NCBI GenBank assembly: GCA_000378865.1
Contig: KB900441.1
Span: forward strand, 3,644-67,643
Length of the DNA: 64,000 bases
Source of the DNA: an actinobacterium SCGC AAA278-I18
Lineage (GTDB): Bacteria > Actinomycetota > Actinomycetes > Nanopelagicales > Nanopelagicaceae
Direction: 5' to 3'
The notes below the pieces were generated by a model. That model did no database searches. It was not told the origin of the DNA and saw nothing but the letters and a program-made list of their open reading frames with translations. The position numbers and the translations under genes are program-made. Shown here in pieces: positions 1-9,976 of this stretch. The stretch's first letter is position 1. Every line of letters starts with the position of its first letter.

Positions 1-50
1 CTCGCAGGTAAAACTGTGGGCCCTTTCTTTTTTTCACATAACCTGCCCTA

Positions 51-2081
51 GTGAGTGAGTACTCAAAAAAGGTTAGATCAGCACTAGATGCTGCAGTTAT
101 CGCAATTGGTGGTCAACCTCGAGATGGTCAGATTGAGATGGCTGAGGCGGTTGCTAACGCACTCTCTGATCGTCATCATCTATTAGTTCAAGCTGGTACA
201 GGAACTGGAAAATCACTTGCTTATTTAGTGCCGGCACTTGTGCATGGCAAAAAGGTATTAGTAGCAACTGCCACCTTGGCATTGCAGCGGCAGTTAATTG
301 AGCGAGATCTGCCAAAGATAAAAGGAGCGCTAGAGAAAGAGTTAAACCGGGATATCTCCTTTGCAATCTATAAAGGTGTTGGCAATTATGTTTGTTTGCA
401 AAAGATGAATAACGCACCAGATGATCCTGAAACCCAAGCTGTCCTTGAGATCTCATCTTTAGAATCTGATGCGAAAAGATTAAGAGCTTGGGCGCAATCT
501 GCGGGTGCAAGTGGAGACCGAGATGACGCACCTGATGTAGACCGGCGAGTTTGGGCAGCTAACTCTGTTTCCGGTCGTGAGTGCATGGGGGCTGATGATT
601 GTCCATCTGGTTCAAAATGTTTTGCTGCCCTTGCAAAAGCAAAGGCGCAAACTGCAGATATTGTGGTAACAAATCACACATTACTTGCAATTGAGATTGT
701 TGACTCACACCCTATTTTGCCAGAGCGAGATGCAATTATTTTAGATGAGGCCCATGAGTTTATGGATCGCACAACTCAAGCGGTCACTGAGGAGTTAACT
801 GCGGCCAGGGTTTCGCGGGCAGCTAATATGGCAAGAAAACATATGCCAGGCAAGGCAAGTGATGGCTTTAATAAGGCGGCAGAAAAGTTTGCTGCAGCCA
901 TTGGTGATTACGCAGATGATCTAAAGGCAGATCCAGCTAAAGCTGGCCGATTAGATAAATTACCACCACAATTAGAGGCCCCACTTCGCGCAGTTAAAGA
1001 GGCGGTCTCTGCAATTACTGTATTGATTGCAGCCGATGCTGAAATTATTGATCCAAACTCCATGGCAGAACGGGCCCGGGTTAAAGGTGCTTTAAATGAG
1101 ATTAATCAAACCGCTACCAAGTTATTAAAACCAGGACACACACATGTGCTCTGGTTTGAGCCAACTTATTCAACTCTATATCTAGCACCGTTGGCAGTAT
1201 CTGATGTGTTGCGCGGTAATTTGCTAACCCAAACACCGGTGATTGCAACTAGTGCGACATTAACTGTCGGTAAATCATTTGATGCGATTGCAAAAAATAT
1301 TGGCTTTGTAATTGCTGGTAAAAATGATGAAGAAAATGAAGAGGATGAGAGTGAAGAGGATGAGAAGGGGATGATGGATCCAGCAAATCTGCAGATCCTA
1401 GATGTTGGCTCACCATTTGATTTTGCTAATCAGGGAATGCTCTATCTACCAAAGGATCTACCAGAGCCAGGTAGAGATGGACCATCAAAGGAGGCGTTAA
1501 CTGAGTTAGGTGAGCTAATTGAGGCAGCAGGTGGTCGCACCTTAGCTTTGTTCTCATCTTGGCGCGGAGTTGAGATGGCTGATGAGCATTTAAGAAATGT
1601 TTTAGCAGAGTTAAAGATTCCAATAATTACTCAGCGCCGTGGTGATTCAGTTGGGCCATTGGTTGAAAAGTTTGCCAAGGATGAGCGATCTATTTTACTC
1701 GGCACTATGTCATTGTGGCAGGGCATTGATGTGCCAGGAGCTGCCTGCACATTAGTTGTCATCGATCGCATTCCATTTCCACGACCTGATGAACCAGTTT
1801 TATCAGCACGTGCTGCTGAAGCCGATGCAGCAGGGGGTTCTGGCTTTATGCAGATCTCACTACCTAGGGCAGCACTATTACTTGCCCAAGGAACTGGCAG
1901 GTTAATTAGATCATTAGATGACCGGGGAGTGGTTGCAATCTTAGATTCTCGAATTGTTAATAAAAGATATGGCTCAATACTTTTAAACTCAATGCCACCA
2001 TTTTGGCGCACCCACGATGGTGAGATAATTAAAGAGGCGCTACGCAGATTAGATGCGCAGTATTTAAAAGATAAAGATTAA
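51..2081 (+). CDS. dinG: DinG/YoaA-family ATP-dependent DNA helicase
   Basis: Q-motif (RDGQ), Walker A AGTGTGKS, DEAH box, Fe-S-type cysteines, helicase_C_2 motifs (GIDVPG, QGTGRLIR). Confidence 0.9.
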   Translation: MSEYSKKVRSALDAAVIAIGGQPRDGQIEMAEAVANALSDRHHLLVQAGTGTGKSLAYLVPALVHGKKVLVATATLALQRQLIERDLPKIKGALEKELNRDISFAIYKGVGNYVCLQKMNNAPDDPETQAVLEISSLESDAKRLRAWAQSAGASGDRDDAPDVDRRVWAANSVSGRECMGADDCPSGSKCFAALAKAKAQTADIVVTNHTLLAIEIVDSHPILPERDAIILDEAHEFMDRTTQAVTEELTAARVSRAANMARKHMPGKASDGFNKAAEKFAAAIGDYADDLKADPAKAGRLDKLPPQLEAPLRAVKEAVSAITVLIAADAEIIDPNSMAERARVKGALNEINQTATKLLKPGHTHVLWFEPTYSTLYLAPLAVSDVLRGNLLTQTPVIATSATLTVGKSFDAIAKNIGFVIAGKNDEENEEDESEEDEKGMMDPANLQILDVGSPFDFANQGMLYLPKDLPEPGRDGPSKEALTELGELIEAAGGRTLALFSSWRGVEMADEHLRNVLAELKIPIITQRRGDSVGPLVEKFAKDERSILLGTMSLWQGIDVPGAACTLVVIDRIPFPRPDEPVLSARAAEADAAGGSGFMQISLPRAALLLAQGTGRLIRSLDDRGVVAILDSRIVNKRYGSILLNSMPPFWRTHDGEIIKEALRRLDAQYLKDKD

Positions 2082-2533
2082 AGTTTTTTTAAGATAGCAA
2101 GGAGTGTGGGCCAAGTATTGGCAAAGCTTGGATGAAGGTTCATAGTTGTAACCTCATCAAAAGCTACCCAGGCCACCTCTTTTGATTCATCATTTGCCTC
2201 ATGGGCTACTAACTCAGGGTGTGCTTTTGCAATTACAGTTTGATAACTCCAGACTCCATGATCATCAATAAATATCTCGCCCGTTGTTAGATGATCACCA
2301 CTAATTCCAACCTCTTCATTTGCCTCTCTAATTGCGGCCTGGGTTACGCTCTCATGAGAATCCCGTGCCCCACCTGGAATACCCCAGGTGTCACCATTGT
2401 GAACCCATGGTGCTCGGTGTTGCATAAGAATTGTTTTATCTCTTACTAAAAGTAATCCGGCTGCGCCATGTAAGCCCCAATGTTTGCCACCACAATCACA
2501 TTCAATCCAACCATCACCATCGCGGTATGCCAT
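2078..2533 (-). CDS. NUDIX hydrolase
   Basis: Nudix box GGARDSHESVTQAAIREANEEVG; start moved to ATG 2533 (MAYRDGDGW). Confidence 0.88.
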   Translation of the reverse strand: MAYRDGDGWIECDCGGKHWGLHGAAGLLLVRDKTILMQHRAPWVHNGDTWGIPGGARDSHESVTQAAIREANEEVGISGDHLTTGEIFIDDHGVWSYQTVIAKAHPELVAHEANDESKEVAWVAFDEVTTMNLHPSFANTWPTLLAILKKL

Positions 2534-2618
2534 AACCCTAGTTTTACACACAACTGCTTAATTCACAGATTATGCATTTATTAAGCGCAGCTCTTGGTTA
2601 ATTATTTAGATTACCCCA

Positions 2619-3137
2619 GTGCTATTAATCAAATTAATTACCATCTTATTGCTGCCACTCTTATTAACTGCATGCGCAAGGGCTGAGGGGGCGATTGCGC
2701 CAACTGGTGTGGCAGGACAGGCACCGACAACTGATTACTCAGATCAGATAGAGGTGAGCTATCTACCAGATGTTGAAGCCACCTCCCTTGCGCCAATTAT
2801 TGATTATGTTGATGGATTAAATCTTGCCCTCACCGGAGAGTTTGAGTACATAAAAACTGCCACCACTCCTAATTGCGGCTGTCTTGATATTGCTAACCGA
2901 ATTGCAGGATTACTTAAAACCGCCACCTTAATTGGTGGCCATTATCAATTAGCCAGTATCAAGGTAATTAAGGATGGAGTAGCTGAAAAGAGTTTTCAGG
3001 TAATAGTTCACCGAAGTGATCTAAGAAAGATTGATAAGGCAAGCAAGCAAAGTGTGATCTGGAGTAAATCAGAAATAAAGAATCAATTTATTGTTAAAAA
3101 TATAGATGGAGAATGGCTATTAAGCGATATCAAATAA
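2619..3137 (+). CDS. Putative lipoprotein (DUF6318-like)
   Basis: Signal peptide with lipobox LLTAC; internal CGC; C-terminal GEWLL typical of NTF2-like folds; family assignment from memory. Confidence 0.6.
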   Translation: MLLIKLITILLLPLLLTACARAEGAIAPTGVAGQAPTTDYSDQIEVSYLPDVEATSLAPIIDYVDGLNLALTGEFEYIKTATTPNCGCLDIANRIAGLLKTATLIGGHYQLASIKVIKDGVAEKSFQVIVHRSDLRKIDKASKQSVIWSKSEIKNQFIVKNIDGEWLLSDIK

Positions 3138-3808
3138 TTCTCGTACTTTTCTTACTACCAATGCCAGCTGCAGCTGCAGATTGCGTTGATAAAACCTGTG
3201 TTGATGTCTTCACTGAAGATAATCAATTAATTATTACCGCTCAAAAGGGGGCAGCAAAACCTGCAACTAAAAAACCGGTGGTTAAACCAAAGCCATCTAT
3301 TAAACCAACTCCTAAACCAACCCCAAAACCAATTGTTAAACCAAACCCAGGAGTTGCCAAGAAGGTGATCGCCAAACCAAAAACTACCACCGCCTCACTC
3401 TCAGATAAGTTGGTCAAGCTGCTGCCATTAGGTGATATTAATTTTCAACCAGAGGCAGATCCATTAGTTAATCTGCCAGTTTATTTTTGGACCCAGACCC
3501 CAACAAGGTTTACAGCTCTTGTTCCGATCTTAGATGTGGTGGTTTATGTCAATCTAACCCCCACCTTTACCTGGTCCTTTGGTGATGGGGGTTTGTTTAT
3601 AACCACCACTCAAGGTGCACCCTTTCCAATTGGTGGTATCACCCACACCTATAAAAGCAGTGATGATTACTCAGTTAATTTAAGGGTCACCTGGAACGGT
3701 AGCTTCTCAGTTAATGGGGTTACCACACCAATTAGTGGCAATGCGATTACCCAAAGTATTAATAGAACTATCGTAGTTGCTAAGGCGCCAACTAGATTTA
3801 CTAAGTAA
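3113..3808 (+). CDS. Secreted protein with Lys/Pro-rich stalk and PKD-like domain
   Basis: Signal peptide ending AAAA-D; KP repeats; LVNLPVYFW, WSFGDG and THTY motifs; overlaps upstream gene by 25 bp. Confidence 0.7.
   Translation: MAIKRYQIILVLFLLPMPAAAADCVDKTCVDVFTEDNQLIITAQKGAAKPATKKPVVKPKPSIKPTPKPTPKPIVKPNPGVAKKVIAKPKTTTASLSDKLVKLLPLGDINFQPEADPLVNLPVYFWTQTPTRFTALVPILDVVVYVNLTPTFTWSFGDGGLFITTTQGAPFPIGGITHTYKSSDDYSVNLRVTWNGSFSVNGVTTPISGNAITQSINRTIVVAKAPTRFTK
3256..3349 (+). repeat. Degenerate 12-bp coding repeat (KPxx units)
   Basis: Repeated AAACCANNNNNN units encoding KPSI KPTP KPTP KPIV KPNP. Confidence 0.6.
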
Positions 3809-3863
3809 TCCACAATCTTATTAATCCTTACATTACCGACTTTAACTTCGCCAATCTTTGCCA

Positions 3864-4379
3864 ATGGATAATAAATTACTAATACAAGATGCAGTATCTA
3901 AGATCGCTGAGATTGATTATGAGAGCGATAATGTTCTAAAGCAGCAACGGCTGGGAGCTGTTGCAGTCAATGAGTTAGTAGCCCGTTTTAGTAAAAGCGG
4001 TGTAGTAGATGATTATGAGATACTGGCATTAGTTTTAGTTAGATTTAAAGATCTACAGGTTAGAGATTATGCAATGGGGCTGGCAACGGATGAGAACAAA
4101 GATCAATTATTTAATCTTTGGTACTGGTTAATGAATATTGCACCCGCAGGTTTTATTGCACCAGTTGCCTGCATCTTTGCAGCTTGTGCCTATGAATCTG
4201 GTGAGAGTGAATTAGCCCATAAAGCACTAGATAAAGCTTTCTCAGATTTACCTGCCTATCCACTGGCATTACTTTTAAGAAGAGTCTTCCATGCGCACTG
4301 GCCAGCCGATAGTTTTATGGCAATGCGAGCGCAACTACACCCAAAGATCTGCGCCAGCCTCTTTGGGAGTAGTATTTAA
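3864..4379 (+). CDS. DUF4192 family protein (short form)
   Basis: DLQVRDYAM, LWYWL, AYESGE, YPLALLL motifs; start set at ATG 3864, 6 nt after CAATCT. Confidence 0.75.
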   Translation: MDNKLLIQDAVSKIAEIDYESDNVLKQQRLGAVAVNELVARFSKSGVVDDYEILALVLVRFKDLQVRDYAMGLATDENKDQLFNLWYWLMNIAPAGFIAPVACIFAACAYESGESELAHKALDKAFSDLPAYPLALLLRRVFHAHWPADSFMAMRAQLHPKICASLFGSSI

Positions 4380-4381
4380 TA

Positions 4382-4401
4382 ACTAAACAGTGTTGTTTAG
4401 T
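4382..4401. promoter_or_regulatory. Perfect inverted repeat upstream of ald (operator or 5' hairpin)
   Basis: ACTAAACA-gtgt-TGTTTAGT, starting 6 nt after -10-like TAGTAT (4370-4375). Confidence 0.5.
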
Positions 4402-4417
4402 AGAAGGTGCTAAAAAA

Positions 4418-5500
4418 ATGATTATTGGCATTCCTAAAGAGATTAAAAATAATGAGTTTCGGGTCTCTGCCACCGCCTCCGGTGTGCACGCATATGTTGC
4501 TTCCGGCCACACTGTTTTAGTTGAGAAAAATGCTGGAGCCGGCTCTGGCATATCAGATGCTGATTACATTGCAGCTGGGGCAAAAATAATTGATTCGGCC
4601 GATGAGATCTGGCAAAAGGCTGAAATGATTCAAAAGGTGAAAGAGCCAATTGAGATTGAGTATAAAAAAATGCGCAAGGGACAAATTCTTTATACCTACC
4701 TACATCTAGCTGCAAATAAAGCTTGCACGCAGGCGATAATTGATTCTGGCATTACCGCAATTGCATATGAAACAGTTGAGGTTGATGGACAACTGCCATT
4801 ACTTGCGCCCATGAGTGAGGTAGCAGGGCGAATGAGTATTCAAGTAGGAGCAGCTGCCCTTGAAGCAAGCAAAGGTGGCCGAGGAGTATTACTAGGGGGA
4901 GTTCCAGGGGTTAGGCCTGGCAAGGTAGTGGTAATTGGTGGCGGTGTGGTCGGCGTTGCTGCTGCAACTATTGCCCATGGCATGAGGGCTGATGTAACTA
5001 TTATGGATTTGGATTTAAAACGGTTAGGACAGATCGATCAGTTATTTGCTGGCAATGTTAAGACATTAGCCTCTAGTGGTTATGAGATTGAAAAAGAGGT
5101 AGTGGCTGCAGATCTTGTAATTGGCGCAGTATTAGTTCATGGCGCAAAGGCTCCTAAATTAGTAAGTAATGCATTAGTTAAAAAGATGAAGCCAGGATCG
5201 GTATTAGTAGATGTGGCAATTGATCAAGGTGGCTGCTTTGAAGATTCCAAGGCAACAACTCATCAAGATCCAACCTATAAGGTGCATGATTCAATTTTTT
5301 ATTGTGTTGCAAATATGCCAGGGGCGGTCCCAGCCACCTCCACCTACGCACTTGCTAATGCCACAATTAAATATGGCTTAGCACTTGCAAATAAGGGGTG
5401 GCAGAGGGCGCTAGCTGATGATGCTGGGCTTAATAAGGGGCTTAATGTGCATGAGGGCAAGATTTATTATGCGGCGGTTGCAAAGGCGCACAATCTCTAG
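4418..5500 (+). CDS. ald: Alanine dehydrogenase
   Basis: IGIPKEIKNNEFRV, KVKEP, GGGVVG, DVAIDQGGC, YCVANMPGAVP. Confidence 0.97.
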   Translation: MIIGIPKEIKNNEFRVSATASGVHAYVASGHTVLVEKNAGAGSGISDADYIAAGAKIIDSADEIWQKAEMIQKVKEPIEIEYKKMRKGQILYTYLHLAANKACTQAIIDSGITAIAYETVEVDGQLPLLAPMSEVAGRMSIQVGAAALEASKGGRGVLLGGVPGVRPGKVVVIGGGVVGVAAATIAHGMRADVTIMDLDLKRLGQIDQLFAGNVKTLASSGYEIEKEVVAADLVIGAVLVHGAKAPKLVSNALVKKMKPGSVLVDVAIDQGGCFEDSKATTHQDPTYKVHDSIFYCVANMPGAVPATSTYALANATIKYGLALANKGWQRALADDAGLNKGLNVHEGKIYYAAVAKAHNL

Positions 5501-5512
5501 TATTTTTCTCCA

Positions 5513-5630
5513 TAGGTCATGAGTCTTAGTTCATAGCCCCGGCTAACTAAGCGGCAACCCTCCACCACGGTGGGGTGCTCCGGGTGAAGACCAGGTCGAT
5601 AGCAAGGTGCCATCGGCAAGTGTGGGTCGC
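5513..5630 (+). ncRNA. SAM-IV riboswitch
   Basis: GGTCATGAGT...AGCCCCGGCT...GGCAACCCTCC...CGGTGGGGTGCTCCGGGTGAAGACCAGG...GGCAAG...GGGTC matches the SAM-IV consensus; lies upstream of metY-metX. Confidence 0.92.
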
Positions 5631-5639
5631 TAAAGAAAT

Positions 5640-5665
5640 TTAGGGGATAACCCTAATAATTTTTT
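5640..5665 (+). terminator. Possible riboswitch expression-platform terminator
   Basis: TTAGGG-gataa-CCCTAA hairpin followed by TAATTTTTT. Confidence 0.5.
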
Positions 5666-5692
5666 ATCACCCCCTTTAACAAGGAGGATGCT

Positions 5693-6997
5693 TTGTCATA
5701 TTCATTTGAAACTCAACAAGTACATGCTGGTCAAGTTCCGGATCCAACTACGGGCGCTCGCGCACTACCGTTGTATCAAACAACTGCATACCAATTCCGC
5801 GATACCAAACATGCTGCTGATCTATTTGGTTTAGCTGAGCTTGGAAATATCTATACCCGCATCATGAATCCAACCCAGGATGCAGTTGAGCAGAGAATTG
5901 CCGCCCTTGAGGGTGGCGTTGCTACTTTGTTAGTTGCATCAGGTTCTGCGGCTACTACCTATGCAATCTTAAATATTGCTCAATCTGGCGATCACATAGT
6001 TTCATCACCTTCGCTATATGGCGGCACCTACAACCTATTCCACTACACCCTGCCAAAGTTTGGCATCGAGGTTACCTTTGTTGATAACCCAGATGATCCA
6101 GAGAGCTGGCGCAAAGCGGTTAAACCAAATACCAAGGCGTTTTTTGGTGAAACCATTGCTAATCCAAAAAATGATCTACTAGATATTGAAACTGTGGCAA
6201 AGATTGCTCATGAGAATGAGGTGCCATTAATCGTTGATAACACCGTTGCAACTCCATACTTAATTAGACCAATTGAGTATGGCGCAGATGTAGTGGTTCA
6301 CTCAGCAACTAAATTCCTATCAGGGCATGGAAACACTGTAGTTGGTGCGATTGTGGATGCTGGTAAGTTTGATTATGCAAAGTATCCAAAACGCTTTCCA
6401 AGCTTTAATGAACCAGATCCGTCATACCACGGCCTGGTTTATGCCCAAGCATTAGGAGTTGGTTCAGCCTTCGGTGCAAACCTTTCCTACATCTTCAAGA
6501 TTCGCTTAACGCTGCTACGTGATATTGGCGCTGCCGTATCACCATTTAATGCCTGGTTACTTGCGCAAGGATTAGAGACACTTTCCTTACGTATTGAGCG
6601 CCATGTTGAAAACGCAAAGGCGATTGCGGCCTGGCTTGAGAAAAATCCTCAGGTTGAAAAGGTTAACTACGCATCTTTGCCATCTTCACCATGGAACAAA
6701 TTGGCAAGTAAATATTGTCCAAAGGGAAGTGGTTCAGTGTTGTCCTTTGAAATCAAAGGCGGGATTGAAGAGGGCAAGAAATTTATTGAAGCACTTAAGC
6801 TGCTCTCACACGTTGCCAATATTGGTGATGTTAGATCTCTTGCAATTCACCCAGCATCTACTACTCACTCTCAACTATCACCGGATGAGCAGATAACTGC
6901 CGGTGTTACACCAGGTCTGATTCGTTTATCTATTGGTATTGAAAATATCAAAGATATTCAAGCAGATATTGAGAGTGCATTTGCTGCTGCTAAGTAA
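5693..6997 (+). CDS. metY: O-acetylhomoserine aminocarboxypropyltransferase
   Basis: NIYTRIMNPT, PLP lysine in HSATKFLSGHG, ANIGDVRSL; SD AAGGAGG. Confidence 0.95.
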   Translation: MSYSFETQQVHAGQVPDPTTGARALPLYQTTAYQFRDTKHAADLFGLAELGNIYTRIMNPTQDAVEQRIAALEGGVATLLVASGSAATTYAILNIAQSGDHIVSSPSLYGGTYNLFHYTLPKFGIEVTFVDNPDDPESWRKAVKPNTKAFFGETIANPKNDLLDIETVAKIAHENEVPLIVDNTVATPYLIRPIEYGADVVVHSATKFLSGHGNTVVGAIVDAGKFDYAKYPKRFPSFNEPDPSYHGLVYAQALGVGSAFGANLSYIFKIRLTLLRDIGAAVSPFNAWLLAQGLETLSLRIERHVENAKAIAAWLEKNPQVEKVNYASLPSSPWNKLASKYCPKGSGSVLSFEIKGGIEEGKKFIEALKLLSHVANIGDVRSLAIHPASTTHSQLSPDEQITAGVTPGLIRLSIGIENIKDIQADIESAFAAAK

Positions 6998-7000
6998 TTA

Positions 7001-8098
7001 ATGAGCAAAGTTAATCCAGCAGTTACCGGGGCGTGGCTTGAAAGTGATGACCCCGGTGATCGCCAATTCCTAAAAATTGGTGATTTAACTCTGGAGTCAG
7101 GTGAGCTTTTACCTGATATAACAATTGCTTATCAAAGTTGGGGAAAGTTAAATTCAACTGGTGATAATGCAATTCTGGTTAACCACGCGCTAACTGGCTG
7201 GGCAGATGTTAATGGTTGGTGGCCACAGATGGTTGGCCCAGGCCTGCCATTTGATACCGATAAATATTATGTAGTTTGTCCAAATGTTATTGGTGGTTGC
7301 CAGGGATCTACCGGGCCTTCATCTATTGCCCCAGATGGCAAAAGATGGGGATCTAGATTTCCCACATTAACAATTAGAGATATGGTGGCAGCAGAGCTTG
7401 CCTTCACTAAGAAAATTGGTGTAAAAAAATACCAACTATCTGTTGGTCCTTCCTTAGGCGGCATGCGCTCTCTTGAGTGGGCAATTGATTATCCAGAGTT
7501 AGTAGGTGCAATCTGCACCATCGGCTCATCTGCGGTGGCAACTGGGGACCAAATCGGAGCAGCTTCTATTCAAATTAGAGCAATTAAATCTGACCCAAAC
7601 TTTAATAGTGGTGATTACTATGAACAAAGTATTGGCCCGCTTGAGGGAATGGGAATTGCTAGAAGAATTGCGCACTTAACATATCGAACCGAATCAGAGA
7701 TGGATGTTAGATTCGGCCGAGAATTACAAGGGGATGAGACTGGCAGATACGCTGTTGAATCTTATTTAGATCACCAAGCAGATAAACTTGCTAAAAGATT
7801 TGATGCTAATACCTATATTGCATTAACTGAGGCGATGAACTCCCATGATGTTGGACGTGATCGTGGTGGTGTGGCGGCAGCTCTTGCTGGTATTAAGGTC
7901 TCATTACATGTAATTGCAATTGATACCGATCGTCTATTCCCGCCAAGGTTGCAACAGGAGATCGCCGAGCTTGCCCCACAGGTGACCACCCTGCACACCA
8001 TCGCCTCCCCATTTGGTCATGATGGCTTCTTAATTGAGGTGGAATCGGTGGGTGCAATCATCAGAAACGCGCTTAATCTGCAAAAAATCGCAAATTAA
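7001..8098 (+). CDS. metX: Homoserine O-acetyltransferase
   Basis: HALTG, NVIGGCQGSTGP, nucleophile GPSLGG, GHDGFL. Confidence 0.95.
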   Translation: MSKVNPAVTGAWLESDDPGDRQFLKIGDLTLESGELLPDITIAYQSWGKLNSTGDNAILVNHALTGWADVNGWWPQMVGPGLPFDTDKYYVVCPNVIGGCQGSTGPSSIAPDGKRWGSRFPTLTIRDMVAAELAFTKKIGVKKYQLSVGPSLGGMRSLEWAIDYPELVGAICTIGSSAVATGDQIGAASIQIRAIKSDPNFNSGDYYEQSIGPLEGMGIARRIAHLTYRTESEMDVRFGRELQGDETGRYAVESYLDHQADKLAKRFDANTYIALTEAMNSHDVGRDRGGVAAALAGIKVSLHVIAIDTDRLFPPRLQQEIAELAPQVTTLHTIASPFGHDGFLIEVESVGAIIRNALNLQKIAN

Positions 8099-8204
8099 CC
8101 AATATGGATGTGCATTTACCCCTGTGGACAAATTATAATATAGCCAAGGGTCGGGCAGTTAAAAAAACTGCTAAAAGTTAAGACCTAAAAACAAAGGATT
8201 AATT

Positions 8205-9773
8205 GTGGCTTTAACTCGTGCGCCCAAAAAAGGTGCGAAAGCAGGAAAGCGTAAGAGTAAAACTGCTGCAAAAAAGAGTTCTGTTAAAAAATCTAAGATT
8301 AAAAAAGTAAAGGCTGCGAAGAAGGTTGTAAAGATTGCGCAGAAGGCGGTATTAGATGCAAAAGATGTTGCTGCGATTGTTCGAGTAAAAGATTTAGTAA
8401 TTCATCAAAAGAGTGTATTAGCTGAACTGCAATCACGTGGTGTTGGTAATATTCACAGAATTGCTAAAAAATCAGACCAGGATTTAGTTTTAATTGCCCG
8501 TGAGTTAGAGATTACGGTGCCAAAGCAGGTTGAAAAGCTTCGCAAAGTTGGACTTTCACCATTTAGAATGCTTAAGAAAACCGAGTTGGCACTTATTGCA
8601 CCCCCTGCCCCAAAGCCAGTTGCAGCAAAGAGTGGCAAGATTGAAAAGATAAAAATTGATGGTGAAGAGGTTGAGTTAGAAGAGGTAGAGCTTGATGATC
8701 TAGAAAGTTTAATTGATGACAAAGAGGAGAGCCCAGCAGGGGATGGCACTCCGGAGATTCGAGTAGTCAATGTTGCTGAAGAGTCACAAAATGAGGCTAA
8801 CTCCTTTGTACTTAAAGACTCGGAAGAGGATGACGCACCACCACAAACGGTATTAACTGCAGGTGCAACCGCAGATCCAGTTAAGGATTATTTAAAGTTA
8901 ATTGGCCGAGTTCCATTGCTAAATGCCGAGCTTGAGGTGTCCCTTGCTCAATCTGTTGAGGCTGGCCTCTTTGCTGAGGAGCGAATTGCAAATGATAAGA
9001 AGATGGATAAGAAGTTAAAGCGGGAGTACCAACAAATTGTGCTAAATGGCAGGCGCGATAAGAACCATCTTCTTGAGGCAAATCTTCGATTAGTAGTATC
9101 ACTTGCAAAGCGTTATACCGGTCGCGGTATGTTGTTTTTAGATTTAATTCAAGAGGGTAACTTAGGTTTGATCCGCGCCGTTGAGAAGTTTGATTACACA
9201 AAAGGTTACAAGTTCTCAACCTATGCAACCTGGTGGATCAGGCAAGCAATTACTAGAGCGATGGCAGATCAAGCAAGAACAATTCGTATTCCAGTACATA
9301 TGGTTGAGGTTATTAATAAGTTGGCCAGAGTTCAACGCCAGATGTTGCAAGATCTAGGAAGAGAACCAACACCTGAGGAGTTAGCAAAAGAGTTAGATAT
9401 GACACCTGAGAAGGTAGTTGAGGTGCAAAAGTATGGAAGAGAGCCAATCTCACTTCATACTCCACTTGGTGAAGAGGGTGATTCTGAGTTTGGCGATTTA
9501 ATTGAGGACTCTGAAGCTATCGTGCCAGCAGATGCCGTCTCCTTCACATTACTGCAAGAGCAGTTGCACTCAGTGCTTGATACATTATCTGAGCGCGAAG
9601 CAGGAGTTGTAGCAATGCGCTTTGGTTTAACAGATGGTCAACCAAAAACATTAGATGAAATTGGCAAGGTTTATGGGGTTACCCGTGAGCGTATTCGCCA
9701 GATTGAATCTAAGACGATGTCTAAACTTCGTCACCCATCACGTTCACAAGTACTACGCGATTACCTAGATTAA
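8205..9773 (+). CDS. sigA: Principal RNA polymerase sigma factor (HrdB/SigA type)
   Basis: Region 1.2 DPVKDYL, region 2 [26 protein letters not shown]...[11 protein letters not shown], region 4 TRERIRQIE. Confidence 0.97.
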   Translation: MALTRAPKKGAKAGKRKSKTAAKKSSVKKSKIKKVKAAKKVVKIAQKAVLDAKDVAAIVRVKDLVIHQKSVLAELQSRGVGNIHRIAKKSDQDLVLIARELEITVPKQVEKLRKVGLSPFRMLKKTELALIAPPAPKPVAAKSGKIEKIKIDGEEVELEEVELDDLESLIDDKEESPAGDGTPEIRVVNVAEESQNEANSFVLKDSEEDDAPPQTVLTAGATADPVKDYLKLIGRVPLLNAELEVSLAQSVEAGLFAEERIANDKKMDKKLKREYQQIVLNGRRDKNHLLEANLRLVVSLAKRYTGRGMLFLDLIQEGNLGLIRAVEKFDYTKGYKFSTYATWWIRQAITRAMADQARTIRIPVHMVEVINKLARVQRQMLQDLGREPTPEELAKELDMTPEKVVEVQKYGREPISLHTPLGEEGDSEFGDLIEDSEAIVPADAVSFTLLQEQLHSVLDTLSEREAGVVAMRFGLTDGQPKTLDEIGKVYGVTRERIRQIESKTMSKLRHPSRSQVLRDYLD

Positions 9774-9784
9774 AGGAGAATAAA

Positions 9785-9976
9785 ATGAGCGATAAGGTAA
9801 AGATGCAGTTTAAGAAAAATGCTTCAATTAGAGTTACCGGGAGCGTTGATTTTGTTGATGCTGATGGCAATGTGCTTGAAACAAAGACAGATTTCTCATT
9901 ATGCAGATGTGGTGCCTCAAAGGAGAAGCCATTTTGCGATGGCAGCCACCGCGATTGTGGATTTGTTAGCGAGTAA
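9785..9976 (+). CDS. CDGSH iron-sulfur domain protein
   Basis: LCRCGASKEKPFCDGSH; SD AAGGAG. Confidence 0.92.
   Translation: MSDKVKMQFKKNASIRVTGSVDFVDADGNVLETKTDFSLCRCGASKEKPFCDGSHRDCGFVSE

Noticed and set aside
1320-1370. Acidic purine-rich stretch in dinG (DEENEEDESEEDEKG)
   Set aside because: Low-complexity loop insertion in a variable helicase region, not a separate element
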